A stretch of 64,000 nucleotides of DNA from Heterodontus francisci (GCF_036365525.1 NC_090417.1:1779536-1843535); one strand, 5' to 3'. Shown: positions 24,312 to 36,597, numbered from the stretch's first letter. The notes: generated by a model not told the origin, from the letters alone. Numbers and translations: made by a program.

Positions 24312-25154
24312 CACACCAGATCCTGTTCTTCCGTCACCCCTGTACTTGTTGACTTACTTTAGCTCCAGGTTTGGCAACACCATAGTTTTAAAATTCTCAT
24401 CCTTGTCTTCCTGTTGTTCCATGGTTCTGCTCCTCCCTATCTCCTGAACCACTTCAGGATCTCTGCATTCCTTCAAATCTGGTTTCTTGCACATGCTGAA
24501 TTCTAATTATTCCACATTGGCATCTGTGCCTTTAGCTGCATGGGCGCGGAATTCTGGAACTTCCTCCTTCACCTCCTCTGCCTCTCTACCTCTCTCCTCC
24601 TTTAAGACATTCCTTAAAACCTACCTCTTTGACCAAGCTTTTGATCATCTGTCCTAATATCACCTTGTGTGGCTTGGTGTCAAATTTTATTTGATAATGC
24701 ACCTTTGAAGTACCTTAGGATATTTTACTACATTAAAAGCACTATATAAATGCAATTGTTGACATTCGAGTTTTATCAAGTCATAATTTAAAGCACAGAA
24801 GGAGGCCATTCGGCCCACCGAGTCTATGCTGGCTTTCCACGGAGCTATGCAGTCAGTCCCATTCCTTGCTCAATTCCCATAGCCCTGCAAGTCTGTTTCT
24901 TTCAGGTAGCTATCCAACTTTCTCCAAGTACAAAATCCACTGTTCAACAAATGCTGCCAAATATTACATGGTGTAAACCACTTCAGTGCAGTTCTGAGGG
25001 ATTGCTACACTGTCAGAGGTGTCACCTTTTGAATGAAACGTTAAAGTGAGGCCCTATCTGCACACTCGGGTGGATGTAAAAGATCCAGTGGCAATATTTT
25101 GAAGAGGAGGAGGGAAGTTCTCACTGGTGTCCTGGCCAATATTTTCCCTCAATC

Positions 25155-25716
25155 TTCTTCTTCTTTGGCCTCCTTATCTCGAGAGACAATGGATAAGCGC
25201 CTGGAGGTGGTCAGTGGTTTGTGAAGCAGCGCCTGGAGTGGCTATAAAGGCCAATTCTAGAGTGACAGACTCTTCCACAGGTGCAACAGAGAAATTTGTT
25301 TGTCGGGGCTGTTACACATTTGGCTCGCTCCTTGCGCCTCTGTCTTTTTTCCTGCCAACTGCTAAGTCTCTTCGACTCGCCACACTTTAGCCCTGCCTTT
25401 ATGGCTGCCCCCCAGCTCTGGCGAACGCTGGCAACTGACTCCCACGACTTGTGATCAATGTCACAGGATTTCATGTCGCGTTTGCAGACGTCTTTGAAGC
25501 GGAGACATGGACGGCCGGTAGGTCTGATACCAGTGGCGAGCTCGCTGTACAATGTGTCTTTGGGGATCCTGCCATCTTCCATGCGGCTCACATGGCCAAG
25601 CCATCTCAGGCGCTGCTGACTCAGTAGTGTGTATAAGCTGGGGATGTTGGCTGCCTCGAGGACTTCTGTGTTGGAGATACGGTCCTGCCACCTGATGCCA
25701 AGTGTTCTCCGGTAGG
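25155..25716 (-). mobile_element. 5'-truncated RTE-clade LINE nested in a Deu-domain SINE
   Basis: Nearly identical to the 12597 copy; (GAA)n tail; 8-bp duplication CCTCAATC at 25147-25154 and 25717-25724. Confidence 0.88.
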
Positions 25717-26109
25717 CCTCAATCAACATCACAAAAATCTGGCCATTATCACAGTGCTATTTGTAGGAGTTTGCTGTTTGCAAATTGGCTGCTACGTTTC
25801 CTATATTTACAACTGCACTTCAAAAATACTTCATTAGCTCCAAAGAGCTTTGGAAAGTCCAGTGGTCATGCAAGGCACTTTATGAATGCAAGTCTTCCTT
25901 TATTTCATGATATGGCAGCTCTTGACCCTCTCGGTGGTAGAGGTAGCATTAAATCCTAAAGCAGTGTCTATATTTACGTCAATATGCAATCAATGCAAAA
26001 GTAATTTCTGGTGAATTTGCATTAACTTGTGGTGATTGTTGAAAACGAAGACAAGTTGGAGCTTTTAAAAAGAAGTCAGCAAGCACTGGGAAACCTGTGG
26101 GCGGATCTT

Positions 26110-26259
26110 GAGTCCCCGCGTCCCCGATTGGTTCCTGAACGCTTTCATTTGGATACATTCAGGTCCCGCCCCCTGGGCTCTCTGATTGGCTGCCAGGCTG
26201 CGTTGTATCGATTTGCCTTGTCAGTTGCACCGTGTTCTATTCTTGGCTTTGGTGAAGAG
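26110..26259 (+). promoter_or_regulatory. Probable ANKRD39 promoter and non-coding exon 1
   Basis: CpG-containing segment with two ATTGG boxes, a CCCGCCCC GC-box, and donor GAG|GTGAGT after 26259. Matching acceptor CTCTCTTGCAG at 28166. Confidence 0.6.
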
Positions 26260-26959
26260 GTGAGTTGGGTGTTTGCATTAAGAATTCACGAAGAACTGAA
26301 GCATCTGTTACCCCAAGGGTCTGTGCTGTCGGAAATGCTGACTCCAGCAGGGTTTGCCTGAAATTGTTTCCCGTGGTTGCATGCAGTTTGCTGCAACTAG
26401 GCCGGATCCTCCCAGCCTTTGATTTCATAACACGCTCAAGGATTTGAGCAGCTGTCCGGTTGGAGGTTAGCCAGTTCTTTTTGGGAGACCTGCTACTGTG
26501 GAGCGGGCAGTGATTAAATGGCAACATGCATTGGTAATGGGACAAATAAAGATGACAGATTTACCTTCCCTGTGAGGGGATAATCGCCCTCTTGTTTATC
26601 TTATCGTATTTGAGACCAACATCCGTTCAAAGCTAGTAAGCTAGTTTGAAATCCAAAGACAGAAAGGAGATGTAGGAACAAACCAGGCACTGAGATTGTG
26701 TTGTGACTGAGATAACTAAATTGCTCGGTATTAAATGTTGGTGGCACTAGGTATAGAGAATATCAAACAAATGAATCAAATAAGGAGGCCCAAAAAAGAA
26801 AAAAAGAAGACAACATTTTTGAATACAGCCCACTTATGCCAAGGTGCTGTCCATTGGACACCATTGACAGAGGTGGCCACAGTAGAAATGACTGCATGTA
26901 GCCATCAAAAGGCAACAACAGGATGGTAAGTACACTGCCGAGTATGCTGTACTGTCTGT

Positions 26960-27385
26960 CCCCATGAATGGCCACCTCTGAGTCATAAGGTTCTGGTTCA
27001 AGTCCCACTCCAGGGATCAAGCACAAAAATCAAGGCTGACATTCCAGTGCAGTACTAAGGGAGTGCAGCACTGTCGGAGTTGCCGTCTTTTGGTGAGACA
27101 TTAAGCTGAGGGCCTGATCGGCCTGCTCAGGTGGGTACAAAAGATACTGTGGCATTATTTTGAAGGGCAGGGCAGTTCTTCCTGGTGTCCTGGCCAACAT
27201 TTATCCCTCAGTCAACAGTAGAAATAAATAGATTATCTGGTCATTGTCTTGTTGCTGTTTGTGTGAGCTTGCTGTGTGCAAATTGGCAGCTTTTTTTTTC
27301 ACATTACAACAATGACTGCACTTCAAAAGTATTTGATTGGCTGTAAAGCTCCTTGAGATGTCCAGTGGTCATGACAAACACTGTT
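26960..27385 (+). mobile_element. Deu-domain SINE (SacSINE1/AmnSINE1-like), near full length
   Basis: GGTTCAAGTCCCAC B-box and core TGTCCTGGCCAA..TTATCCCTCA...TTGCTGTTTGTG.GAGCTTGCTGTG.GCAAATTGGC. Other copies near 1685-1855, 5200-5520, 21030-21790(-), 24980-25900, 29430-29745(-), 33145-33390, 51975-52240(-) and 58765-59130(-). Confidence 0.7.
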
Positions 27386-28218
27386 TTTAAAGGACTGTAA
27401 TTTGAAACAAAATTTTTGAACATTGAATGTTAATGGGTGAAATTCCTCCTGTCAATAATTTCAGCACAGTGGTGATGTGAATGCAAAATGGGATTTTCAT
27501 ACCAAAGATTTTGGTAAAAGTGTCAAGCAGTTTCACCCCCCCCCCCCCACCCCCAGAAAACGATCTGATGGGTTGAAAATTGTGTTTTGCAATGTTGTAG
27601 CATATAATTTGGTGCAGCTGGCCTGTGCTGGTGTTCCTGTTCCATATGAGCCTCCTCCAACCCCCCCTCATCATCTCACCCTATCAGCATAACTTACTTT
27701 CTTTCTCCCTCATCTGCTTATCTAGCTTCCCCTTACGTGGATCTAATCTTTTGGCTCCACTGCTCCCTGTGGCCACAGGTTCCACATTCTCGCCACTCTC
27801 TAGAGTGGGACCTGGAGCCTGGTGGTCATGTCTAGCTGCTAACCAGCTGCCATGTGCTATTCCAGGAGTCTGTGGCCAGTTGCCACATCCTTACTACCAC
27901 TAACTTAATCATCAGGATCAAACCTGAAACCTCTTGGTGGGCCAATGATAGAGATTTCAATTCTGATCTAATGTGCTCTTGTGTAATCCCTGTTTCCCAC
28001 AAAAATGACTTAGTTAAAACAGCTGACAATGGAATTTTAACAAAATGCATGAACGCCTTGGTTACTAATATCGCAGAATGCAAACTCAGGCCATGAGAGA
28101 TTTTTGGTTCCAACTTTAGTTTAATTTCCAACTTCCGGTTAATTGTCTCTCTGTTCTCTCTTGCAGCTGGGTTTTTAACAGTCGACGGGATACCCCCATC
28201 AACAACAACACAAGAATC

Positions 28219-28321
28219 ATGGCCTTTGATAACCATAGTTTGGATTGTAGCTGCTGTTCTCATGACTCCTCAGTGCCGAGAAGTGTACATCAAACACTGG
28301 AAGAGATGGACTTTGACAGAG
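28219..28321 (+). CDS. ANKRD39: ANKRD39 coding exon 1
   Basis: atcATGg start; CCSH and [11 protein letters not shown] signature; phase-1 GT donor. Confidence 0.9.
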
Positions 28322-31300
28322 GTGCAGGGGCATTTAAGTTTTTATTAGGAGTGGTTCAGTGAGCCAGCATGTTGATGCTTTCACATACTGCATTCATGAG
28401 AGGCACTTTCTTCTGCGGGAATCTTATCTTTTCAGGACCCTTGCTCCTCCTGATAAAAATTAATGACTTAGACCTTGGTGGATAGGGCACAATTTCAAAA
28501 TTTGCAGATGATGCAAAACTTGGAAGGATAGTGTGGAACTTCAAAAGGACATAGACATGTTGATGGAATGGGCAGACAAGTGACAGACAAGTTCAATGCA
28601 GAGAAATGTGAAGTGGTTCATTTTGGTCAGAAGAACAGGAAGGGAAAATATAAAAGAAAAGGTACAACATAAAGGGGGGGAGTGCAGGAGCAGAGGGATC
28701 TGGGTGTATATGTGCGTAAGTCATTGAAGGTGGCAGGACAGGATGAGAGGGTGGTTAATAAAGCATACAGTATCCTAGGCTTTATTAATAGGGGCATAGA
28801 GTACAAAAGCAAGGAAGTTATTTACACTTGTATAAAAACAATTGTTTGGCCTCAACTGGAGTATTGCGTCCAGTTCTGGTGCCACACTTTAGGAAAGATG
28901 TGAAGTCAGTGGAGCGAGTGCAGAAAAGATTTGTGAGAATTGTTCCAAGGATGAGGAACTTCATTTACGAAGATAGATTGGAGAAGCTGGGATTGTTTTC
29001 CTTGCAGAAGAGAAGGCTGAGAGGAGATTTGATAGAGATATTCAAAATCATGAGGGCTCTGGACAGGGTAGATGGAGAGAAACTGTTCCCACTCGTGAAA
29101 GGATCGAGAACGAGAGGGCACAGATTTAAGGTAATTAGTAAAAGATGCAATGGCAACATGAGGAAAAACTTTTTAACGTAGCAATTGGTTAGGATCTGGA
29201 GGGCACTGCCTGAGAGTGTGGTGGAGGCAGGTTCAATCGAGGCACTCAAAAGGGAATTAGACTGTTATTCAAAAAGGAAGAACATGTAGGGTTACAAGGA
29301 GAAGGTCAGGGAATGGCACTAAGTGAATTGTTCATTCTGAGAGCCAATGCAGACTTGTGGCCGAATGGCAGCCTTCTGTGCTGGAATGATTCTGTGATGT
29401 TATTAAGGCAAGTTGAACAGAAGAATGAACTTGCATTTATTTAGAGCCTTTCACCACCTTAGGATACCCGAAAGTGCTTCATGGACAGTGAAGTACTTTT
29501 GAAAATGTTCGTTGGGGGGGGGATAAATACTCGCCAGGACACCGGGGCGAACTCCCCTGCTCTTCTTCAAAACAGTACCTACCTGACAGGGCAGATGGAG
29601 TCCTAGTGAATATATTAACATGAGAAATATTGTCCCTGAGCAACGAATGTGTTAGCCTAGGTTTTGTGCTTAATTTTCTGGAGTGGGGTTTGAACCTGCA
29701 ATCCTCTGAGTCATAGGCAAGAGTGCTACCAGTGAGCCACAGCTGACCGCTTGATGCTGGGCATGCACTTACTTTTAAATATGCTTTCATTTAAATATTT
29801 CTGTAGACGTCCCTGTTGACGGTAGCAAGTGTACAGGCGACTCAGTAAACGTATCCAGTGAGTAACTGAGCTGCACAGACCAGGAAGATCCCAGGATTGC
29901 TCTGTGGGCTTTGCTGAATGAACTCGCCAGCGTGTGTTATAGATGCATCAGTTGGGGTTCAGTAACTCTCGGCTGGAGAAGCTGGGATTGTTCTTCTTAG
30001 CACGGAGAAGGTTAAGTGGCGATTTGATAGAGCTGTTCAAAATCAGGATTGAGGAAGTAAGGAGAAATTGTTTTCGCTGGCACAAGGGTCGGTAGCCAGA
30101 GGACACAGATTTAAGACAATTGGCCAAAGAACCAAAGGCAACGTGAGGAGAAAGTTTTTCCACAGAGTTTTTATGATCTGGGGTGCACCAGCTGAAAGAT
30201 TGTTGGAAGCAGATTGAATAGTAACATTAAGATAATAATTGGATCAGTACTTGAAAAGGAGAAATTAGCAGGGCTATGGGGGAAGAGCAGGGGAGTGGGA
30301 TTTGATTAGATAGCTCTTTCAAAGAGCCAGCAGAGGCCTGATGGGTCGAATGGCATTCTTCTGGTATGATTCTTTGATTGTCAGAGTTGAGTAGAGTTGG
30401 ATGCTTGGGAGCTGATCACTTGACTTCCATTTCTGTCCGGGACAGTGTCGGACGGGGAAAACCATTAGAAAGGGAACCAGGATGGGAAAAGAAATGGTAA
30501 TGAAAATAAAGAGCAGCTTTCTGAGGGCTGGGGAAGAATGAATGGGCGCTGGGCACCAAAGGACAAAAATAAGCATCAATAACTTTGAGAAAAAAATGGG
30601 AGGATTTTGCACTCAAGATGAAAGATGTGTTGATTAAATAATTGACAAGTTATCTGACTCAATCTCGTTTGCCTCCTGTAGGCATCTGGTCAGCTGCCAA
30701 TAATGGTGACTTCAGCAGGCTGCAGAGATTTCTGGAGAAGGGAACAGACCCTAATTTACCCGATCTGTCGGGCTACACTGCATTGGTAAGTAACAAGCTG
30801 AGGAGACTTGTTTAAAAAAAAACCAGGGTATCATGAACTTTATTGCAGAGGCAGAGTACACAAAAGCAAGGAAGTTCTCGTGAGCTTTTATAAAACATTG
30901 GCTACTACTGGAGTATTGTGTTCAGTTTTCGACACCACACTTTAGGAAGGATGGCAAGGCTCGAGAGAGGGTGCAGGGGAGATATATTACAGTGGTACCA
31001 GAGGTGAGGGATTTCAGTTATGTGGATCGTCGGAGAAGTTGGCATTGTTCTCCTTGGAGCAGAGCAGATTAATTACAGAGGCATTTATTAGAGGTGCTCA
31101 AAATTATGAGACGCAGACCCAACAGTAACTTTCCAAAAGGGATAAATACTTGAAATGGAAAAAGATCTCAGGGCTTTGGGGAAAGAGGAAGGGTGTGGGA
31201 CTAATTGGATAGGTCTTTGAAAGAGCCGGCACAGGTACGATGGGCCGAATGGCCTGCTCCTTGTGCTGTACAATTCTTGTGAAGAACTGGCAGAAGGGCT

Positions 31301-34300
31301 GCACCCCAGCACAAGTCTGCTGATTTAGGAACAAGGCAAATAAGGAGGTTTGGCTTTTGTGGGCCTGACTAGTTATCTTTGCATTTATTTCAAACAGCAC
31401 TACGCCAGTCGCCGAGGGGATTATGAGATCTGTGAGTATTTACTGAGGAAGGGTGCAAACAGCAATGCTCAGACTAAAGGAGGGGCAACCCCTCTCCACA
31501 GGGCTGCCTACTGCGGCCACCTCTCCATCCTCAACTTGTTACTGTCCTACGGAGCCATCCCCGCAATCACAGATGATGATGGTGCGACCCCTTTACACAA
31601 GGTAATGTGGCAATGATTTCAGCGCCTGTTCTCCTGCCTGTCCATTTGTCCTTTGTTTCTAAGAAGTCGTTCAGTACCTCCCTTCTGTCCCATGCAGCAT
31701 CCCTGGCAGAGATGGGAACAGATTCTGAAAGAACACTTTTACAATTTCATCGGAGCATCGGCCAGATTTACGGTGTCACTTACGCCTTAGGGACCAGAGG
31801 AAATCTTTAAATGTAATTTAACTTTTCCTCTTTGGTGATGAATTTCTCTTTGTGGCCACTTGGTGGTACTGCATCGCCTCCCAAATGGAGCACAGCAGGT
31901 TCCTCATCTCAACAACAACATCGTAGAACATCGCAAGGCGCGAAACAGCAGCATTATCAAACAAAATTTGACATTGAGCCACATAAAGCGACATAAGAGG
32001 GAGCGTCTTAAAGGAGGAGAGAGAGGTAGAAAAGTGGAGAGGTTTCGGGAGGGAATTCCAGAGCTTCGGGCCCAGGCAGCTGCAGGCACGGCCACCAATA
32101 GAGGGGCGATTAGAATCAGAGAGGCGCAAGAGGTCAGACTTGGAGGAGTGCAGAGATCTTTCAGAGCTGGAGGATGTGTAAGATTCTGATCTCTGTCTTC
32201 TCATTAATTAATAGGTTTGAGAGTCCCGTTTCAGCTACTTTAATACTTCATTAAGAAAGACAAGATTTTGCGTCTGCCTTAGCTTGTACTGATATATAAT
32301 GATATATGTCTACATACTTGTAAATAGATAATTCCATTGGCCCGAGCTCCCCGCACTCGACCTTCATTCCAAACTGCCCACAGATTATGGAGACCAAACG
32401 CAGATTGGGTGACCGCTTTGTGGAACACCTCCGCTCAGTCCGAAAACATGACCCTGAGCTTCTTGCCATTTCAGCACCCCCCCCCCTACTGTCATGGCCA
32501 CATCTCTGTCCTGGGATTGCTGCAGTGTTCCAGTGAACATCAATGTAAGTTCGAGGAACAGCATCTCATTTACCGATTCAGCATGCTACAGCCTAATGGA
32601 ATGAACAATGAGTTCAATCATTTCAGAGCATGACTGGCCCCCTTTTTTATTTTTAATTTTTATTTTTATGTCATTTTATTTTAGTTTGTTTCATCATTAC
32701 ACTTTTTTATCATGTGCCTGCCCACTTTTTTTTTCATGTTTTGCTTTTGGTTTGGGCTTTCATTATTCTGTCATTTAACACCCTCTCTGCACTAATGCTT
32801 TGTCTTTCACCACACCATTAACACACTGTTTGCCTTTTCCCCATGACTTCCTTGTCCGTTATTCTCTGTGACCCTATGTCCTATCAACACCTTCCCTTTT
32901 GTTCTCTTTTGCCCCACTCCCGCTTTATTTGCTTAAAACCCATGACATTGCTAACCTTTGCCAGTTCTGATGTGACCTGAAACGTTAACTCTGCTTCTCT
33001 CTCCACAGATGCTGCCAGACCTGCTGAGTATTTCCAGCCCTTTTTGGTTTTATTTATGTCCACGGATTCTATTGCATTATACATTTATATTTTGACTATA
33101 ATGCATCCAATTTTAGCCACAGGATATGATGTCAGCATAATGTCAGCTGCGGTTCACTGAGTAGCACATTCGCCTCTGAGCCAATCTTTATCCCTCAACC
33201 AACATCACTGAAAAAAACAGATTATCCGGTCACTATCACACTGCTGTTTGTGGGAGCTTGCTGCGCGCAAATTGGCTCTCGTGTTTCCTACACCAGTGAC
33301 CGTACACCAAAAGTATCTCATTGGCTGTAAAGCGCTTTGGGACATCCTGAGATCTTGAAAGACGCTATAGAAATGCAAGTTCTTTTCTTTATGGCAGTCA
33401 GTTATTCGCTCTTTGTTTAAAACCAGTTTTTGCCCAGTTCTGCAGTATTGACTTGGCCTAGGCCCTCATTGCCGTTACAATATTCTGGTTGAGCTTCGCT
33501 CGCTCTCAGTACTTTTCCACTAAGTCTTGTCAGTTCCATGTTAAGCCCCCCTTCCCCTGGTTGACTAAAGCCAGGTGATATGTAATTCCATCTAAGAATC
33601 GATGGCCTAAATCCAGTTTGATAAGAATACCTTTTGTTAGCCCCTCGCTGCCTTATCTTGCTCTGGATGTTTTCTGCACAGAGTTGTCTCTGGCACGTGC
33701 TGCACACACACTCTCTCCTTCAGCGGCCCAAAACGCTCCACCTAAATCTGTCTCTTAATCAGTTCTATTAGACACTGTTCTACAGTGGGGAGGTCCAACT
33801 TACAGCAAGGACTCCTCTCTAGATGCTAAGAGTAATTTTTTTTTTATCCCTTCGTGGGATGTGGCCAGCATTTGTTGTCCATCCCTAATTGCCCTTGAAC
33901 TGAGTGACCTGCTGGGCCATTTCAGAGGGCAGTTAAGAGTCAACCACATTGCTGTGGGTCATGGAGTCACATGTCGGCCAGACCGGGTAAAGATGGCAGA
34001 TTTCCTACCTTAAAGGACATTAGTGAACCGGATGGGTTTTTTTTGCAACAGTCGATGATCATTTCGTGGCACCATGACTGCTTTCAATTCCAGATTTTTA
34101 TTAATTAATTGAATTTATTAATTGAATTAAAATTCCCCCAGCTGCCGTGGTGGGATTTGAATCCTGTGTCTCCGGGGCATCAGCCCGGGCCTCTGGATTA
34201 CTAGTTCAGCGACATTACCACTCCGCCATCGTCTCCCCTACCAGTGAGGAGTTTGCTCCAAAACCACCTTGCAGTGACCTGCTGAGTGTGATGATGGTGA

Positions 34301-34790
34301 AAGCCTAATGGCTTGCTCCCCATTCTAGTCTCGGATGAAATTGTGTGACCCAGGGGACTAGCAAAATGGAGGGGAGGCTCTCAAAACGTCTCTTGAAGTA
34401 AAGAGTCTTAATGACTTCAGCTTTGGACCAGTTTGGGAGAGTCTGTGGGAGGCATCTTGGCTAAGATTAGTGGAGGAGCAGTCTATATTGCCGACTGCTT
34501 TGGGGATTGTGCCGTTTGATCTGTAAGCATGCCATTCTCCCATCATTCACAAGTGAAATTAACCGCCGCGCTCCATTCTTTTGATGCAATTATAAGAGAA
34601 CGGCCTTTTCAAGGTGGATGTCTTTTGTCCATAGGCTGCAGAAAGGGGTCACCAGGAGGTGTGCGAGGCCCTGCTTCGGCAGAATCCAGCCTTAAGGACG
34701 GTGAAGGACAAAAGATCCAGAGCACCTCACGATCTGGTGAGGGACCATCCGGCATTAAAGGAGCATCTGCAGCCCAAGATGTTCACGTGA
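28219..34790 (+). CDS. ANKRD39: Ankyrin repeat domain-containing protein 39, join(28219..28321,30682..30785,31398..31601,34635..34790), 188 aa
   Basis: [15 protein letters not shown]...[22 protein letters not shown]...GYTALHYASRRG...[14 protein letters not shown]...[16 protein letters not shown] matches recalled ANKRD39; canonical splice sites with compatible phases. Confidence 0.95.
28460..29400 (+). mobile_element. CR1 (HER1-like) LINE 3' fragment
   Basis: KFADDAKL; [10 protein letters not shown]; [23 protein letters not shown]; typical 3' UTR. Confidence 0.85.
30682..30785 (+). CDS. ANKRD39: ANKRD39 coding exon 2
   Basis: [34 protein letters not shown]; CTGTAG acceptor, GTAAGT donor. Confidence 0.93.
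31398..31601 (+). CDS. ANKRD39: ANKRD39 coding exon 3 (ankyrin repeats)
   Basis: [41 protein letters not shown]...[10 protein letters not shown]; ACAG acceptor, GTAATG donor. Confidence 0.95.
32368..33055 (+). mobile_element. Penelope-like element 3' fragment (GIY-YIG endonuclease C-terminus and pseudo-LTR with degenerate hammerhead)
   Basis: Frameshifted [21 protein letters not shown] and [38 protein letters not shown], then AGTT-CTGATG..GAAAC-GTT-AACT at 32963-32990. Confidence 0.8.
33841..34238 (-). mobile_element. SINE family 2 (MetaSINE-like)
   Basis: Reverse complement of the 5870 and 63621 element. Confidence 0.7.
34635..34790 (+). CDS. ANKRD39: ANKRD39 last coding exon
   Basis: [35 protein letters not shown]...KMFT then stop; CCATAG acceptor. 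Confidence 0.92.
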   Translation, partial: AAERGHQEVCEALLRQNPALRTVKDKRSRAPHDLVRDHPALKEHLQPKMFT

Positions 34791-36198
34791 TGACCTCTTC
34801 CTAGGGCTGGATGTGTTGATGTACCTGCCCTGCCAGCAAGGCGCTCTCAACACAAACCTTGGATTTGTCAGCACACCATGCTGGTGCATTGTCTCATGGA
34901 TCAGCTAGCTGACGTGGTTTGGCGTTGAAGCGTGCTAAATAAGTGGTGGCTAATTAACAACACGCGTATGAAATCCTCACTCACCTTGGGAGAAAATACG
35001 ATGGAACAACTGAAGACCAGGATTTTCTCACTTTGTGCTTTATTGACTGCCGCAATAATCAAGTGACCAAACTGCCACCACTTCCTTCTATACTCCTGAA
35101 ACGCACGGATAATTTAAGAAAGTAAAATGTTCAAATTAGCAGGCTGTTGTCCATTGTTTTCTTTTTCTTGCTCCAACCTAGCTGTTCAATATGTGCTACC
35201 CTTCACTGCAGGACGTATTGAGAGAGTGGTTAGTGAATCACGTGGGATCTTAGACTTCATGGATTGAGCTATTGAGTACAAAAGCAAGGAAGTTATGCTG
35301 AACCTGGTTAGGCCCCAACTGGAGTATTGCGTCCGGTTCTGGTCACCACACTTCAGGAAGGATGTGAGGGTCCTTGAGAGGGTGCAGAGGAGATTTACCA
35401 GAATGGGGGATTTTAGCTCCAAGGTTAGGTTGGAGAACCTGGGGTTTGTTCTCCTTGGAGCAAAAGAGATTTAGGGGATGATTTGATAGAGGTGTATAAG
35501 ATTATGACAGTCTTAGATAAGTTCCCATTAGCTGATGGTCCAAGGACTAGGGGTCATAGATTTAAGGTTTTGGTCAGGAGATACAGGAAGGGATGTGAGG
35601 AAGAACTCTTTTATGCAAGTGGTAATGACCTAGAACTTGCATATTCACGGGTATATGCACGGTTTACCATTGCCGGGATGCAAATCTGCCCTTTCTAACC
35701 CAAAAGATTTACGTTGCTGCTTGTGGGATCTTGCTGTGCACAGATTAGCTGCCTCGTTTTGTACAGCAATGACCGCACTTCAAAATTGCGCCCTGAGCTG
35801 TGAAGCGCTGTCCAAATGCAAGTTGCTTCGTTGGCGTGGAAACCTCACCCTCTCTGGCTTTCCCCAAGTAAACTGGACCGAGCTTCCAGCTACTGCAGCC
35901 GAGAACCAACATTGGCCTCTTTATCTGGAGAATAGGCAAACGCAGTATGCAGCAAGTGTGTGCCATTCTGATGTGCTTGTTAACTCTTCTGCTCTTTCCC
36001 CTTTGGGCTGCCTTCTTTCACTCCACTTTCTCAGTAAAACAAGCAATGGAAAGTTAATGTGAGGTTTCTTGCCAGTTCTCCAGCAGTGTTGACTGCAGAT
36101 ACAGTGCAGGGACTTGCTCTGGCTTGTGGCTCACTGGCAGAAAGCTGTACAAGTTGCACTAAAAGTCCATTCCCCTTGACCTTGGTTCTGCAGCCTTG

Positions 36199-36311
36199 TC
36201 ATGTGGCCTTGGATCCCATTATCATGTGACACCCATTGTCTGCCACTGTGATGTGGCATTGGTTCTGCCCCATTATCACGTGACGCCCATTGTTGCCGGC
36301 TGTCATGTGAC
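36199..36311 (+). promoter_or_regulatory. Tandemly duplicated E-box (CLEAR/M-box-like) cluster upstream of the ferlin ATG
   Basis: TCATGTGG at 36199, TCATGTGAC at 36222, TCACGTGAC at 36276, GTCATGTGAC at 36302, within a direct repeat of about 54-bp period. Confidence 0.45.
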
Positions 36312-36524
36312 TCCCTTTGTTACACATTCTCACTCTGTCTGTCTGTGTGTGTGAGGAGCTGATGTTCCAGGGGGGCAGACGGACTGAGAAGGCAGCGGGG
36401 ACATGGACGTGGCTCGGGCCCAATGGGAGGCAGCAGGGTCTGAAGGCAGGCAGCTTCGCGGGCTTCGTCCCCCCAAGACTGAGGCTGAGGGCGATGGGGA
36501 GCGAGTGAGGGCCGACTGCTGAAG

Positions 36525-36597
36525 ATGCTCAGTGTGGGTGGACTGACCGCCTTCAGGCCGGAGAGCTCCCGTCTGCATGTGTCTGTGCTCTTCAGAG
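36525..36597 (+). CDS. Ferlin exon 1 (C2A start)
   Basis: [24 protein letters not shown], resembling myoferlin ...VSVIFKD; in-frame upstream TGA at 36486; phase-1 GTGAGC donor. Confidence 0.65.
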
